A program made the translations under genes and the position numbers. DNA of 64,000 bases from contig OX597819.1 in the NCBI GenBank assembly GCA_951406725.2, forward strand, positions 119,412,001 through 119,476,000. The letters are read 5' to 3'. The notes under the pieces were generated by a model, which saw only the letters and a list, made by a program, of their open reading frames with translations, had not been told where the DNA came from and did no database searches. The stretch is from Octopus vulgaris. Its lineage: Eukaryota. Of this stretch, positions 42,594 to 55,529 are shown in pieces; the first letter of the stretch is position 1; every line of letters begins with the position of its first letter.

Positions 42594-42864
42594 CTTTAGA
42601 CGAGTCAAGAATATAGGAGGAATTTCTACCATGTTTTGTGTTCTGCTACCACAACAGCTCTTTTATAGGATCCAGTTAGCTCAAGACATCATCAGGAGGA
42701 ACCACTTGTCAAATTTTCCTTTAAATACCTACTGCTAGACTCCAGCAGGCAGCCCCAGCAAATTGTCACGTGACACTGTCTCAACTTTAACTGACCAATC
42801 AAGGCGCGTAGTCTTTAGCCCACGCATTCTCTTAACGAGCCGCTTTAGATGAGTCAAGAATATA
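42594..42864. other. About 227-bp insert between 22-bp direct repeats, carrying E-box and CCAAT motifs
   Basis: ctttaga(c/t)gagtcaagaatata at 42594-42615 and 42843-42864. TGTCACGTGACA at 42764-42775 and CCAAT at 42795-42799. Confidence 0.6.
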
Positions 42865-43425
42865 TATTGTACAAATTATAGTTCTATATATAATTGTTTG
42901 ATGCATGTCGGCTTCAAACGCGCGATGATTAAATATCGAAACACGTGGGTGCAACATAGAAAATATATAAAATTTTGGATATAATCTGTAATAATTTTAC
43001 TCGGTTTTAGAAACTCATGTATTATTTTTTTATGCAATGTGTTTTGATCTCTGATATATCTAATAGTTGTACGCGAACTCAAGTTGTTACCTATACACGT
43101 TTAGCGTTTTGTGAGGTGCTCGATTTTATAGTTTTACTGTAGTTTGTATTTAACAGTTTCTGTTATTTTACCTTCTATTTGTGAGTGCTGAGTTGAGGTC
43201 TCATGAATCTAATGGTTGAGTTTATATGCTGCTGCTTTCTGCGGCTGGACATATATGAGTTATTATCTTAGGAGTTCACTTTAACTTGCTCTTGTTTATA
43301 GCTAAACTTCGGCAGTATGAAAAATACAAGTTGAGTAACTGTAATAACTTTTTCATATAAACACGTATGTTTTATTGGTGGGATATAAAACGTATGTATG
43401 CATGTATGTAAGTATATATATATAC

Positions 43426-43495
<70 letters not shown>

Positions 43496-43559
43496 GTGCA
43501 TACATACATGCATACATACATATATACATATATATATATATGTATATGTATATATATAT

Positions 43560-43762
43560 ATCTTTACTCTTTACTCATTTACTTGTTTCAGTCGTTTGAC
43601 TGTGGCGATGCTGGAGCACCACTTTAAGTCGAGCAAATATACCCTAGAACGTATTCTTTGTAAGCCTAGTACTTATTCTATAGGTCTGTTTTGCCGAATC
43701 GCTAAGTTACGGTGGACGGTGTTCAAACGATGTTGGGGGACAAACACAGACACACACACACA

Positions 43763-43836
<74 letters not shown>

Positions 43837-43999
43837 ACGGGATTCTTTCAGTTTCCATCTATCAAATCCACTCACAAGGCTTTGGTCGGCCCGGGGCTAT
43901 AGTAGAAGACACTTGTCCAAGATGCCACGCATTAGGACTGAACCAGAACCATGTAGTTGGTAAGCAAGCTACTTACCACAGAGACACTCCTGCGCCTAT
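43560..43999 (-). mobile_element. SINE family B, near full length
   Basis: Reverse complement of family B with internal (TA)n(TG)n and a small internal deletion. Confidence 0.9.
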
Positions 44000-45969
44000 A
44001 CGCACACACACACACCCACACACACACACACACATACACACACATACAGACGCACAGACACACACACACATTTATATATATATGAATTCAAAACCTCTGG
44101 TCAAATTTTAGTAATATCCATAAACTCTTTGCAAAAATAAATATTTGAATATCATCATTCTCATCAACTTCTGAAATATCTGAATATCTATTTTCATTAT
44201 GACTGTAACAAGCAACGCGTGTATAAACTACATAAAAGCATTTGATTGTAAAAATACGTTTCACATCATAAGTTGAATAATATACATGTTTTGCATTTCC
44301 GTTATAGAATCCCCGTTGACCTTATTTACATCGTTTACTCATGTGAGTATAATTAAACCATCAGAATAAGCAACGACAATAACGCAAGCTCTTCAGAGAA
44401 ATCGGACTCTTAAACAGCTCCTAATTGTCTTTTTTTTCTGATTTATTTATCTAGTTTGTATTAGATGCCAATATAGGCGCAAACACATGGGTTTAAAAAT
44501 GTGTTTAACTGCAAGACCTGAAACCAATGCTAAGTGAAATAATACGCGGTAAATATAGCAGCTTCTGAATTTCACTGAGATGATTTATTTGGATATTTGA
44601 AGGATTTCCAGTATGATGGCACTAACTGGCATCAGTGACCAGAGCCTCTGCGATCGTCTCTACAGCTAGTTGAAAAGAATTCTAATCAACTATCCATTTT
44701 GCATGAAAAATAATTTGAGTTACAGCCGGTGTGAGTAAAATCATTTAGTAAAACGTTATTAAATTACAATATATTCCGTGACTGTTTATATAGAAACACG
44801 ACCCATGAAATGCAAAATCGAACTGTAAAGAGTTTGAACGTTGCACGTACAAGCTAAACTGCACAAATTATGTGCATGTGACCTAGCATTGATACAAGCT
44901 TGTAATTAAAAAAAAAAGTAATGAGAAACAACCTAAGCAAGAGCTGGAAGAGAAATCTAGGTTACATTTACACCAACAGAAATGAAATTTCTAGTTGATA
45001 AATTGCAATATCGGTTTTATCTCATTATGTTTTTATTCGAGCTCAGAATAAACACAAGATACATAATATCGATTTATTGATATCAGATAGAATGATACTT
45101 CATTGACACAATATTTGCAACGTTTTAAACGAAGATCTTGCACTACAATCTTTGACCTTTCCATGCTTTCAATAGAATATTTACACATATTGAAAATTGC
45201 ACACGCAGGGAAAAGTCGCAGATGCTACATTGCCAGTATTTTTGTTATTTGTATTATTACTAAGTGTGTTGCTGTTCTTATAAACGTATTAAACAATTAA
45301 GGCTTCAATGTTCTAATCAGCAGCGTATTCACAAACCTAGGCTTGGAGATGAGGCCTGGTCAAAACTAATAATATTTTGCTCGGAGTGTTTTGGCATTTA
45401 GAACTTTCGTGTTATGAATTCATACAGGCTTCAATATACCTAACTTTAAGCTGGTTTTATGCTTATGCACACACATATAAATACACACACACACACAAAC
45501 ATGCTCAAAGTTACGCATACACATACACACACACACACACGCATATATGTATTCATGTATATTTGCGTGTACATTAATACGTGTACATGTAGCAGAAGTA
45601 CGGGTGTGTGTGAAGAAATTGGAGAATATATATATTTCATTTCTCATATTACTTCATAACTGATGTAACTGAATTGTCAGGCGTTTTATAGATTAAAGCT
45701 CTCTTTCTTATTCTATATCATCCTGTGTTTGTATTAAGCTATGGAACAATCTATTATTTGTGTCTCTCTGTCTATCTATCTATTTATTTATCTATCTATC
45801 TATCTATCTATCTACCTATATATCTGCCTGTCTGTCTGTATGTCTGTCTGTCTGTCTGTCCGTCCGTGTATCTGTCTGTGTGTCTGTCTATGTCTGTCTG
45901 TATATATGCATGTCTATCTGTTTATCTATTTATCTATCTATCTCTTTCTCTCTATATGCATATACCTAG

Positions 45970-46032
<63 letters not shown>

Positions 46033-46039
<7 letters not shown>

Positions 46040-46910
46040 TTATATATGAGGATAATATCGATATTTAAGTGTCGAAATTATCAAGTGGCCAGCATGAAAG
46101 AAATACCTTACAAAGGTAAAAAAATTTTTAACAATTAAAAATGAGGGTGTCTAAAAGACACCAACATGCCGAAATAGCAGTCGAAACACTGACAATAGTA
46201 CCACGTTAAATGTTCATATCGCACCATGAGGTAAAGCGGAGGGACAAAACATACAAGCAAAAATTATTGAATAATTCAAGATCCAAGGATTTCTGGTTCT
46301 GCTTTAGATAAGCTTTACCGTCATCAATTGAATATATCAAGGGTACATAAATACAGATATATATATGCACAGCAAACGATATACTTACATATACGAGCGT
46401 CGTACATACATACATATGCACGTATGGACACAGCCAGTTTGAATCGCCCGCCAAATCACCGCATAAGTACGATATGGTTAAAATAAGCACCGCAGTGAAT
46501 ATAATAACGAATTATATAAATTTATATATGAGGATAATATCGATATTTAAGTGTCGAAATTATCAAGTGGCCAGCATGAAAGAAATACCTTACAAAGGTA
46601 AAAAAATGTTTAACAATTAAAAATGAGGGTGTCTAAAAGACACCAACATGCCGAAATAGCAGTCGAAACACTGACTATAGTACCACGTTAAATGTTCATA
46701 TCGCACCATGAGGTAAAACGGAGGGACAAAACATACAAGCAAAAATTATTGAATAATTCAAGATCCAAGGATTTCTGGTTCTGCTTTAGATAAGCGGTGA
46801 TTTGGCGGGCGATTCAAACTGGCTGTGTCCATACGTGCATATGTACGTACTATAGTCAGTGTTTCGACTGCTATTTCGGCATGTTGGTGTCTTTTAGACA
46901 CCCTCATTTT

Positions 46911-46912
<2 letters not shown>
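46033..46912. repeat. 281-bp direct repeat plus two short inverted duplications
   Basis: 46033-46313 = 46515-46795. 46794-46845 = RC of 46411-46462. 46847-46912 = RC of 46618-46683. Confidence 0.92.
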
Positions 46913-46982
<70 letters not shown>

Positions 46983-47060
46983 TTATATATGTATAATATA
47001 AATAATTATATATATATATACATAAATATATATATATATATATATGCATACATATATATA

Positions 47061-47207
47061 TAGGCGTAGGAGTGGCTATGTGGTAAGTAACTTGCTTACG
47101 AACCACATTGGGCAAGTGTCGTCTGCTATAGCCTCGGGCCGACCAAAGCCTTATGAGTGGCCTTATGTGTGGCTTTGGTAGACGGAAACTGAAAGAAGCC
47201 CGTCGTA

Positions 47208-47260
<53 letters not shown>

Positions 47261-47466
47261 CTGTGTTTGTCCCACCAACATCATTTGACAACCGATGCCG
47301 GTGTATTTACGTCCCCGTAACTTAGCGGTTGGGCAAAACAGACCGATAGAATAAGTACTAGGCTTACAAAGAATAAGTCTTGGGGTCGATCTGCTCGACT
47401 AAAGGCAGTGCTACAGCATGACCACAGTCAAATGACTGAAACAAGTACAAGAGTAAAGAGTAAAGA
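47061..47466 (+). mobile_element. SINE family B with deletion of the B-box region
   Basis: Head joins aaccaca directly to ttgggcaag. There is a small tandem duplication gccttatg(a/t)gtgg. Confidence 0.9.
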
Positions 47467-48025
47467 GTATATGTACATATGTCCTTACATATATACATAC
47501 GCACACATACAAACAAGCATACATTCATACATGCATACGTTTATATTATTGTTTACGCGATCCAACAGAACATTCTCAATGGGCACCAAGATAACAGAAT
47601 AAATATACATTCTATTCTTTCTATGTGAAAAATCTGAAATCTTCATTTTTATTTTAATTCTAATTCAACTGCCAAAAGCGGGATTTCACATTATATGATT
47701 GATCTCCTTGTCAATAAAGACAAATGTGAAACAGTTGTAGTGGACCTCAACCCATTTGTGTTATTATATGAATATTATAATATAATATAGTATCGGTGAC
47801 AGTTATGTTTTACAATTTACAACGGTAGTGAGATGGCTAAACTGTATGTCTTAAATGCATTTGTATAGGCTCCAGAATATTATTTTTTGGAAACTGCATT
47901 CTGACCAATCAGTGTGTGATGTTGCTCAATTTCTGAAGTTGATTGGTGTTTGGTTTAGGCGTTATAGTTTGTTGAACATGTCAAGATACCTGTATTTTAA
48001 CCATGGCCAGAGCCATGTCACAATT

Positions 48026-48190
48026 TATCATGGAGTCTCAAAGCGACAGATTTACACCAGAGTGGAAAAATATAGATGCAGCTAGGGTTATACCTAAAAA
48101 TCATATTCTAAACATTTGTTAAAAATGCGTCTCGGTGAGTATGAATATATGAGTGCTTTTTGTTTGCGTGTGTGTATGTTTGTTTATGCG

Positions 48191-48241
<51 letters not shown>

Positions 48242-48535
48242 ATGCGTGTTCATACATATTTACACATGCACACAAATACCATATGGATTTGTACCACGGG
48301 GTCCCCGGCAGGCGGTCTTAATGAATGACTGGTGCTTAGAGTCAAATTTGTGGGATTCAGCTGATGGAACGTAAGGCATTACAACTCCCCGCACTGTAAA
48401 ATCGTACGTATTTTTCCTTCAATGGAAATGTAAACAACACTCAAAATGAATTATAGTAAACGTTAGATATCCGGAGAAAGATGCATATACTGTTTGAGTC
48501 TCTCTACAGTGAAATCAGAGCGAACTTGTATTTTA
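48026..48535 (+). repeat. Dispersed duplicate, copy 1 (about 500 bp)
   Basis: Collinear with 54803-55289, including the internal (TA)n(TG)n. Confidence 0.9.
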
Positions 48536-49452
48536 CAAATAGCACACACAACAAACGAATAGCACGCACGCACACAAACCCCTAGGGTCATTATCGCATA
48601 CCCCTATATATCTGCTATATTTCTCCTATACTTCTATATCTCTTATTCCTGCCTTACTTCACCACTTTATAAAATAAATATTAATTCCTTACTTTATCCT
48701 TAATTTTCCTTAATTTTATTTTAAAATTTAATCTAAAAAATCCCCTAATATAAACTACACTAATATATATATCTTGCTCCAACTCATAAATAATTCTACA
48801 TTCTTTTATCTCCTCCATTCTCGACTCCCTATACACCTATAACACTGTTCTAAAAATAACTCTGCAACCACTGATCTTAGCCAAAATGGCCATTGGCCAT
48901 TATTACTGATTCCCCTCCTCAGCAAACTTTGATAATCAATATTCTTTAATTTCTCTATCCCTTTACCATATTTTCCTCCACCTCCCCTTCCTCTCTCTTA
49001 TCCTTTCGGCTACTCCGATCAAATTTCTTAGACACCATACAAAGATACATTATTTATCCTTAAGCAAATCCTTAAATTCTCCCTCCTTCACTCTATCTAA
49101 CTCTTTTTACCTCTTTCTCCATTTATTTAATTATTTATTTATTTTATTTTCTCTTACCACTTGAAAGCATTCTACTAATTTGCGATTGAACGTTGAGATG
49201 TTCATGTCCGTTTTTCTCTATGGATCCTACCACATCAAGAACTTAACCCACATGAATCTACGCAGGATAAATTCAGGATACCACCTAAGGACTTAAGCTC
49301 TTGTTTCTATATCATGAAGCTAAATTATAGACTTTTATACCTTTTTTTCTTTTCTCTCCTCTCTCTCTATTTCCTAATTCCTTTAATCACTTCTTCTGTG
49401 TAGTCATCTCATTAATGTGTACCATTCTCTTTTTTCCATATTTTCTCAATTT

Positions 49453-49508
49453 GTCTCTGATGATGGACTATCCCATATTCAGAGATATTTCAGAAACAGC
49501 TGTAAGAC
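49453..49508 (+). ncRNA. Minimal type I hammerhead ribozyme motif (Penelope-type)
   Basis: gtct CTGATGA tggactatc..gatatttca GAAA cagctg TA agac: intact core, 4-bp stem I, imperfect stem II, palindromic stem III, GUA cleavage triplet. Confidence 0.72.
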
Positions 49509-49724
49509 TTAAAATATTTTCCAATTATAATACCGTATACAACTTTGAGTTGTTTGCCTTGCCTGAACGTTGGTTGCCCTCTTTATCAATTATATATTCG
49601 ATGCATCAGAAACATGCTAGGCCCCCATAACTATCGTCTCGGTTATAACGTTGGAGCCCTACTACCCTCTTACAGCACTCACCTAGCGTACCTAATCGTT
49701 TAGAACCCGAGAACTAAACCCCCT

Positions 49725-49773
<49 letters not shown>

Positions 49774-50929
49774 GCATAGATATAAAGTATGCATATATAT
49801 AGATATAGATATATATATATGTATACATATAGAGTATGCGTATATATATATACGCATACATATACAGTATGCATATTTAAATATGCCAATACATATGCAT
49901 ATATGAATATAGGTACTTTTTGGTTATTTTACCCCCATTAAAAATTTGGGTTACCATTCCCCGTTTTCTGAAGAACCATTTTGTTTGCACCTGATGCGAT
50001 ATGAGAAGTATCCTTCAATCTCATTTAAGAAACATGGTTTTTTTTGTAATGGATATGAGGTGGTGACTATTGGGATATGTTAATCATACAAATTGCCGTC
50101 AAAAAAGACTGTAATATAGCCCTTGTAATACACAGGATTACGATGTTGAATAACTGCGTCTTTTAGCGTTACATTTTATTTAACTTGATAGTTTATATGT
50201 GCCTTCACAGTATATGAGTCACACAAAAGTTATCTATGCAAAAACATACACATACACAAAAACACCCACACAGAGAAACGCACACGCTATACACACACAC
50301 ATACATCTATATGTGTGCAGACATGAAGACATGTGTTTGTGTGTGTTACTTTTCGACCATTCGTATTTCGCTTATAGCCCGAAGCACTGAGAATTAGACA
50401 TAAACGAAATTGGAATATATTCATGACTTTGGCAAAACGAAATGGAATATAAGTAAAGTTAATTTCGCATTGACATGTAACAGACATGAAGCTAAAGTAT
50501 CAACAAGCTTAGAATATACATCTGCACTATTATATACGCTATTATTTTTAGTCATAAGTAACCCGCTGGGAATTATGTTCTGAGACAGAAACGAATACTC
50601 ATTTATTGAAAAGTAGTATTGATTATGCCATGTCTGATTCCGGCCAGCCTATAGCAATGAGAATGGGTTAGTCTTTACAATATATATATATATATCGATT
50701 CAAATACGTACCCGAATGTAAGATTGATTTCTCTGTGGAACTAGATATAGATATGAGAGATATGTTTGTGAATATTTGCTGATCAGCAGATTTCAAGAAT
50801 ATTCCATTTGTTCATTGACGTTTAGAATGGAAAATGTTCCTGTGGTTGCTGTCATTGATATTTGGGGCATCAGAAACTGTCCTGTGTATCTCTGTCATTA
50901 AAACTCTAACTTTAATATGAGTGGGTTTG

Positions 50930-51137
50930 TATGTCTGTGTTTGTCCCCCCAACATCGCTTGACAACTGATGCTGGTGTGTTTACGTCCCCGTTACTTAGC
51001 AGTTCATGAAAAGTGGCCGATAGATTAAGTAATAGTCTTACAAAGAATAAGTCCTGCGGTCAATTTTCTCGATTAAATGCGGTGGTCCAGCATGGCGACA
51101 GTCAAATGACTGAAACAGGTAAAAGAGAGTAAAGAGT
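50930..51137 (+). mobile_element. SINE family B, 3' half
   Basis: gtctgtgtttgtcccccaacatcgcttgacaac...gactgaaacaggtaaaagag. Confidence 0.88.
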
Positions 51138-51477
51138 ATATGAGAATGATTACAGGTACAACTACATCAGAAATGTTTATTTAAACAAGAAGTCAGAAAA
51201 TCTCATAGAAATATCATCATGTTATGTAGGAAAAATTTAATAGAATCAGATTGAAGAACAGCCCATGAATAGTACTTTCGACTTATAACAGTGCAACAAG
51301 CACCGCTATGAGAACAGTTTTAAAAATAACTCGCTTGGCTTTATCAAATCTGCCATTTAATATATATTTCATGGTTTTGCCGAGGACGAGGCATAAGGAT
51401 AATAATTAGAATGCGTTAGAACTGAATGCACTTATGCTGCAGACTAATGTGTCAAGTGAGTACAGAGCAAAATATTC

Positions 51478-51866
51478 GCTTCTATTCAAGGCACAAGGCC
51501 TGAAATTTTGGGGGAAGGGGCGAGTCGATTGCATCAAAACCAGAACACAACTGGTAGTTACTTCATCGACGTCGAAAGGATGAAAGACAAAGTCATCATC
51601 GGTAGAATTTGAACTCTGAAGTAAAGACAGACGAAATACCTGTTTTTACTACCCACAAGGGCGAAACACAGAGAGGACAAACAAGGACATGCAAACGAAT
51701 TAAGTCGATTACATCGACCCCAGTGCGTAACTGGTGCTTAATTTAATCGACCTCGGAAGGATGAAAGGCAAAGTCATCATCGGTGGAATTTGAATTGAGA
51801 ACGTAAAGACAGACGAAATACCGCTAAGCATTTCGCCCGGCGTGCTAACATTCCAGCCAGCTCGCC
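51478..51866 (-). mobile_element. Two head-to-tail SINE family A copies with different tails
   Basis: 51641-51866 is full length with tail type 1. 51478-51640 lacks the first part of the head and has tail type 2. Both share the variant aaagtcatcatcggt. Confidence 0.88.
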
Positions 51867-52639
51867 AACTTACAATGACTTTAATATTGATTAAAGACTG
51901 GAAAAAAAAAACCAAACTGCTTTTAGGTGATCACTTTCATCATTTGAGTCCAGGTGTTTCTGCTAAAAGAAAACTGTACTTGCAGCTGAGAGCATGAACG
52001 ACATTTGTCTTCCTCGCAGCTATTGAAATAAAACATTATATATATATATATACATAAATAATGTACCGTTTCGTGATGGTAAGAAGCACAAAAATAGTAC
52101 TCCCTCTAGTAAGAGATAAATATAAGTTAATAGACACAGTACATGTTCTTATGTACTACTAATTCTTACCAAATAGTGCCAAATAATGATTTATAACCAG
52201 TGTAATATTGCAACGCAGTCATCAGGCAAGAAAAATATAGTACACCGAACTGAAAATTGAATGATGCACGGAACGCGAAAGACCGAGAAGGAAGCATATG
52301 GAAAGCGTGGTGGTTAGAAAAAAAAACGGAAAAAGGTAAAATAAAGAGAAACGGAAAAATTCATCAGAAATAAGTAAAAATGTAAAAGAGTTATCTCGCT
52401 GACAACTTAAATTAGGAGACTGGATAATATATTGACAAGTTAATCTGGTGCAAGTGGAATTTTCCAAGTCTTTAAAAGGAACTCAATATATGGTTACAGT
52501 CGTTGAATGCTTCAGACTGAGAATTCAGTAGTGAGCTATATAAGAGTAACGCTATGCATTTAGCATAGCGATTTTTAACTTGTCATTCATACAATCAAGT
52601 ATAGGTCTTGTCATAGGATGCATTATCAGTATTGCCTAC

Positions 52640-52945
52640 TTCCAGATGTAACTGTCGAGACACGGGATTCTGTCCACTTGAACAGCAATGTATAATTAAA
52701 TCGGTAGTATGCGAGGCAGAAGTTAATTCAAGTTTAAATGATAGTACAACCGACAGAAAGTCGTACACTATGAGTTATGTGAAGGAAAAGTTAAATAACG
52801 CTATGCTAATCACATGGTTTCTTTCTGACATAAGGACAAAAGTAAAGATACTAAGTTGCTAGCCACGTATGGAGTTTGAAATCTAACGCAACATCTCAAA
52901 CGATTAGGTGAAAAATAATTGAAAATTCCACAGCGTATGGTAATA
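52640..52945 (+). mobile_element. Penelope-like GIY-YIG fragment (second lineage)
   Basis: CNCRDTGFCPLEQQCIIKSVVCEAEV...CEGKVK*RYANHMVSF...SHVWSLK, with frameshifts. Confidence 0.85.
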
Positions 52946-53042
52946 GATGAAATAAATGTAACTGAAAGAGCGCAGATCTTTTCCGGATCTAAGATCTGTG
53001 GATACGTATAAATTTTTGCCGCTATGTGTGTATATATTTATG

Positions 53043-53079
<37 letters not shown>

Positions 53080-54404
53080 GATTATATATATGTATATATA
53101 TATATAGAGAGAGAAATATATAGATATAGATATACATATACATATATACGTACATATAAACACGAACATACAAATGCCTATATTATCATATGGTCAGTAC
53201 TGACGTCAGTGTCCATAGACACTGTTTCAGCTCCGAAACTGGTGGTGTGAAAATATCCTTATATGGAAGACCTGTTAGAGAATGCTTGGAATGAATATAT
53301 TTCTTTAAGGTTATCACAGATGCCAATGGTGTAAGATGTTACATCTACTCACATATTTCAAAGAAGTACGTTTCCAATATTTTTATACATCTAAGCATAT
53401 ATATTTATCTAGATGTTTAGATAACATTTATTTCACTATCGTTAGTCAGGCATGCATTTAGAGCATTTGAGATTTACAAACATAAATCTACTGTTAGTTG
53501 ATTAAAATGTTGCGCCTCCCAAGTTTTTAATCAAGTACGTATAACAAAGTAGATCCTTTTTATTACTTGTATATACAAATTTACAGCAAATCTCCTTGGG
53601 TGACGACAGTCTTTAGGAAAAGACTTCTGCCGAGATAACCTCGAGCGTTATCGAACCATGTGCTCATTATTCCAAAAATATCCTTCTAAAACATTTGGTG
53701 ACAGATGTTAATGCACCATTACTGCATTTTACTAGCAATAGTCAATGGTGTATAACTTTGTTACGAAACTGACTTCAATCAGACACACCCATATGAATAT
53801 GTGCATGTGTATGCGCACCTATATATATGTTTGTGTGTATATACATATAATGTATATGTGTGTGTGTGAATGTGTGTATTAGTTTGTGCTCGTGTGCATT
53901 TAAGTGAATGTATGTGCCGTGATATTCGATTTTAGACAATTTGTATTCATTTTAGGCCAGAATGTGGAAGCAAAAGAAGTAAATTTTATGGATTCTATTA
54001 AAAAAAAAATAATAATATCCTTGATTAATGTCTGTTTCCATAATTTACTCTGTAAAACACATCAAAGACTAAAAAGATCTGCAACTGATGAAAGAGTTTA
54101 ATTTCGTTATAAGTCCCCAAAAGAAGTATAGAAGAATAATGCCTCATTACGTTATTCAAATCAAAAGTAGTTATCGTTTTATCTTCCACTCTGTATTATG
54201 CGAAATCAGATTAAAACATCAATGTCAAAATCAACGAGGTTATTATCCTTTTTTTTTTTTCAAAACATCTACGAATACTCAGAGAAAAGTTTTTTAACAA
54301 ATTCAAAAGACAAATGTAAAGAACAACAATAAGAATCTGAATCATCAAGATAAATGGAATCAAGTATTTGGAATAAAACTCTAAGATCTTCCTGACGAGG
54401 AGAA

Positions 54405-54460
<56 letters not shown>

Positions 54461-54802
54461 TTACGAATGCAGGAAAGTATTTGTAAAATAAAATGAATAA
54501 AATATATTACAAATTACAAAAAAAGTTATTACACACTTTAAATATGAATATATGAATTTGAATATTTATTTGTATTTATATTCATATAACTTCAAAGAGT
54601 ATAATTCATTCTAACTCCCTCCTCCGTCTCTCACTCTCTCTTTCTCTCATTTGCTATCCACCTCTGTGTAAATATCACGCACAATTTGTCTCTCATTCTT
54701 TCATACGGACATAAGTACACATGTATGATATTCTGTTATACATTTACCCGAACTAATCTGAAAGTAATGCAAGCATACCTATTTATTAAATTAGTCATAA
54801 AG

Positions 54803-54969
54803 TATCATGGAGTCTCAAAGCGACAGATTTACACCAGAGCAGAGAAACATAGATGCAGCTAGGGTTACACCTAACAATCATATTCTAAACATTTGTTAAT
54901 CATGCGTCTCGGTTTGTATGAATATATGAGTGTTTTTTGTTTGTGTGTGTATATGTGAGTGTATGCGTA

Positions 54970-55015
<46 letters not shown>

Positions 55016-55289
55016 CATGCGTGTTTATATATATTTACACATGCACACAAATATCATATACATATACACGGGGCCCCTGGCAGGTGGACTTAGAGTCAAA
55101 CTTGCGGGATTTAGCTGATGGAACGGAAAGTATTACAACTCCCCACACTGTAAAATCGTACGGATCTTTCCTTCAATGGAAATGTATGCCACACTCAAAC
55201 TGAATTATAGTGAACGTCAGATATCCGGAGAAAGATGCATATACTGCATAAGACTCTCTAGAGTGAAATCGGAGCGAACTTGTATTTTA
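54803..55289 (+). repeat. Dispersed duplicate, copy 2
   Basis: Collinear with 48026-48535. Confidence 0.9.
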
Positions 55290-55529
55290 AAACCATATTA
55301 TGACATTGATGAAAGAATTATGGATTTTCATGTCCTTAGAGGAAGATCCAAATAGAGTTTCATAAATCACTGATCAAGGAAAAGCTAAAAGTGGGCTCAG
55401 TCGTTGCATGTGTCTATCAAGGATTTAGGAACTCGATCCCCGCATCATTTGGACATGGTAATGGAATATTTACACATTCGCAATGAACGTAGAAACCGGA
55501 CGGTGTTTGAGAAAATCCAGTTATTTTCT

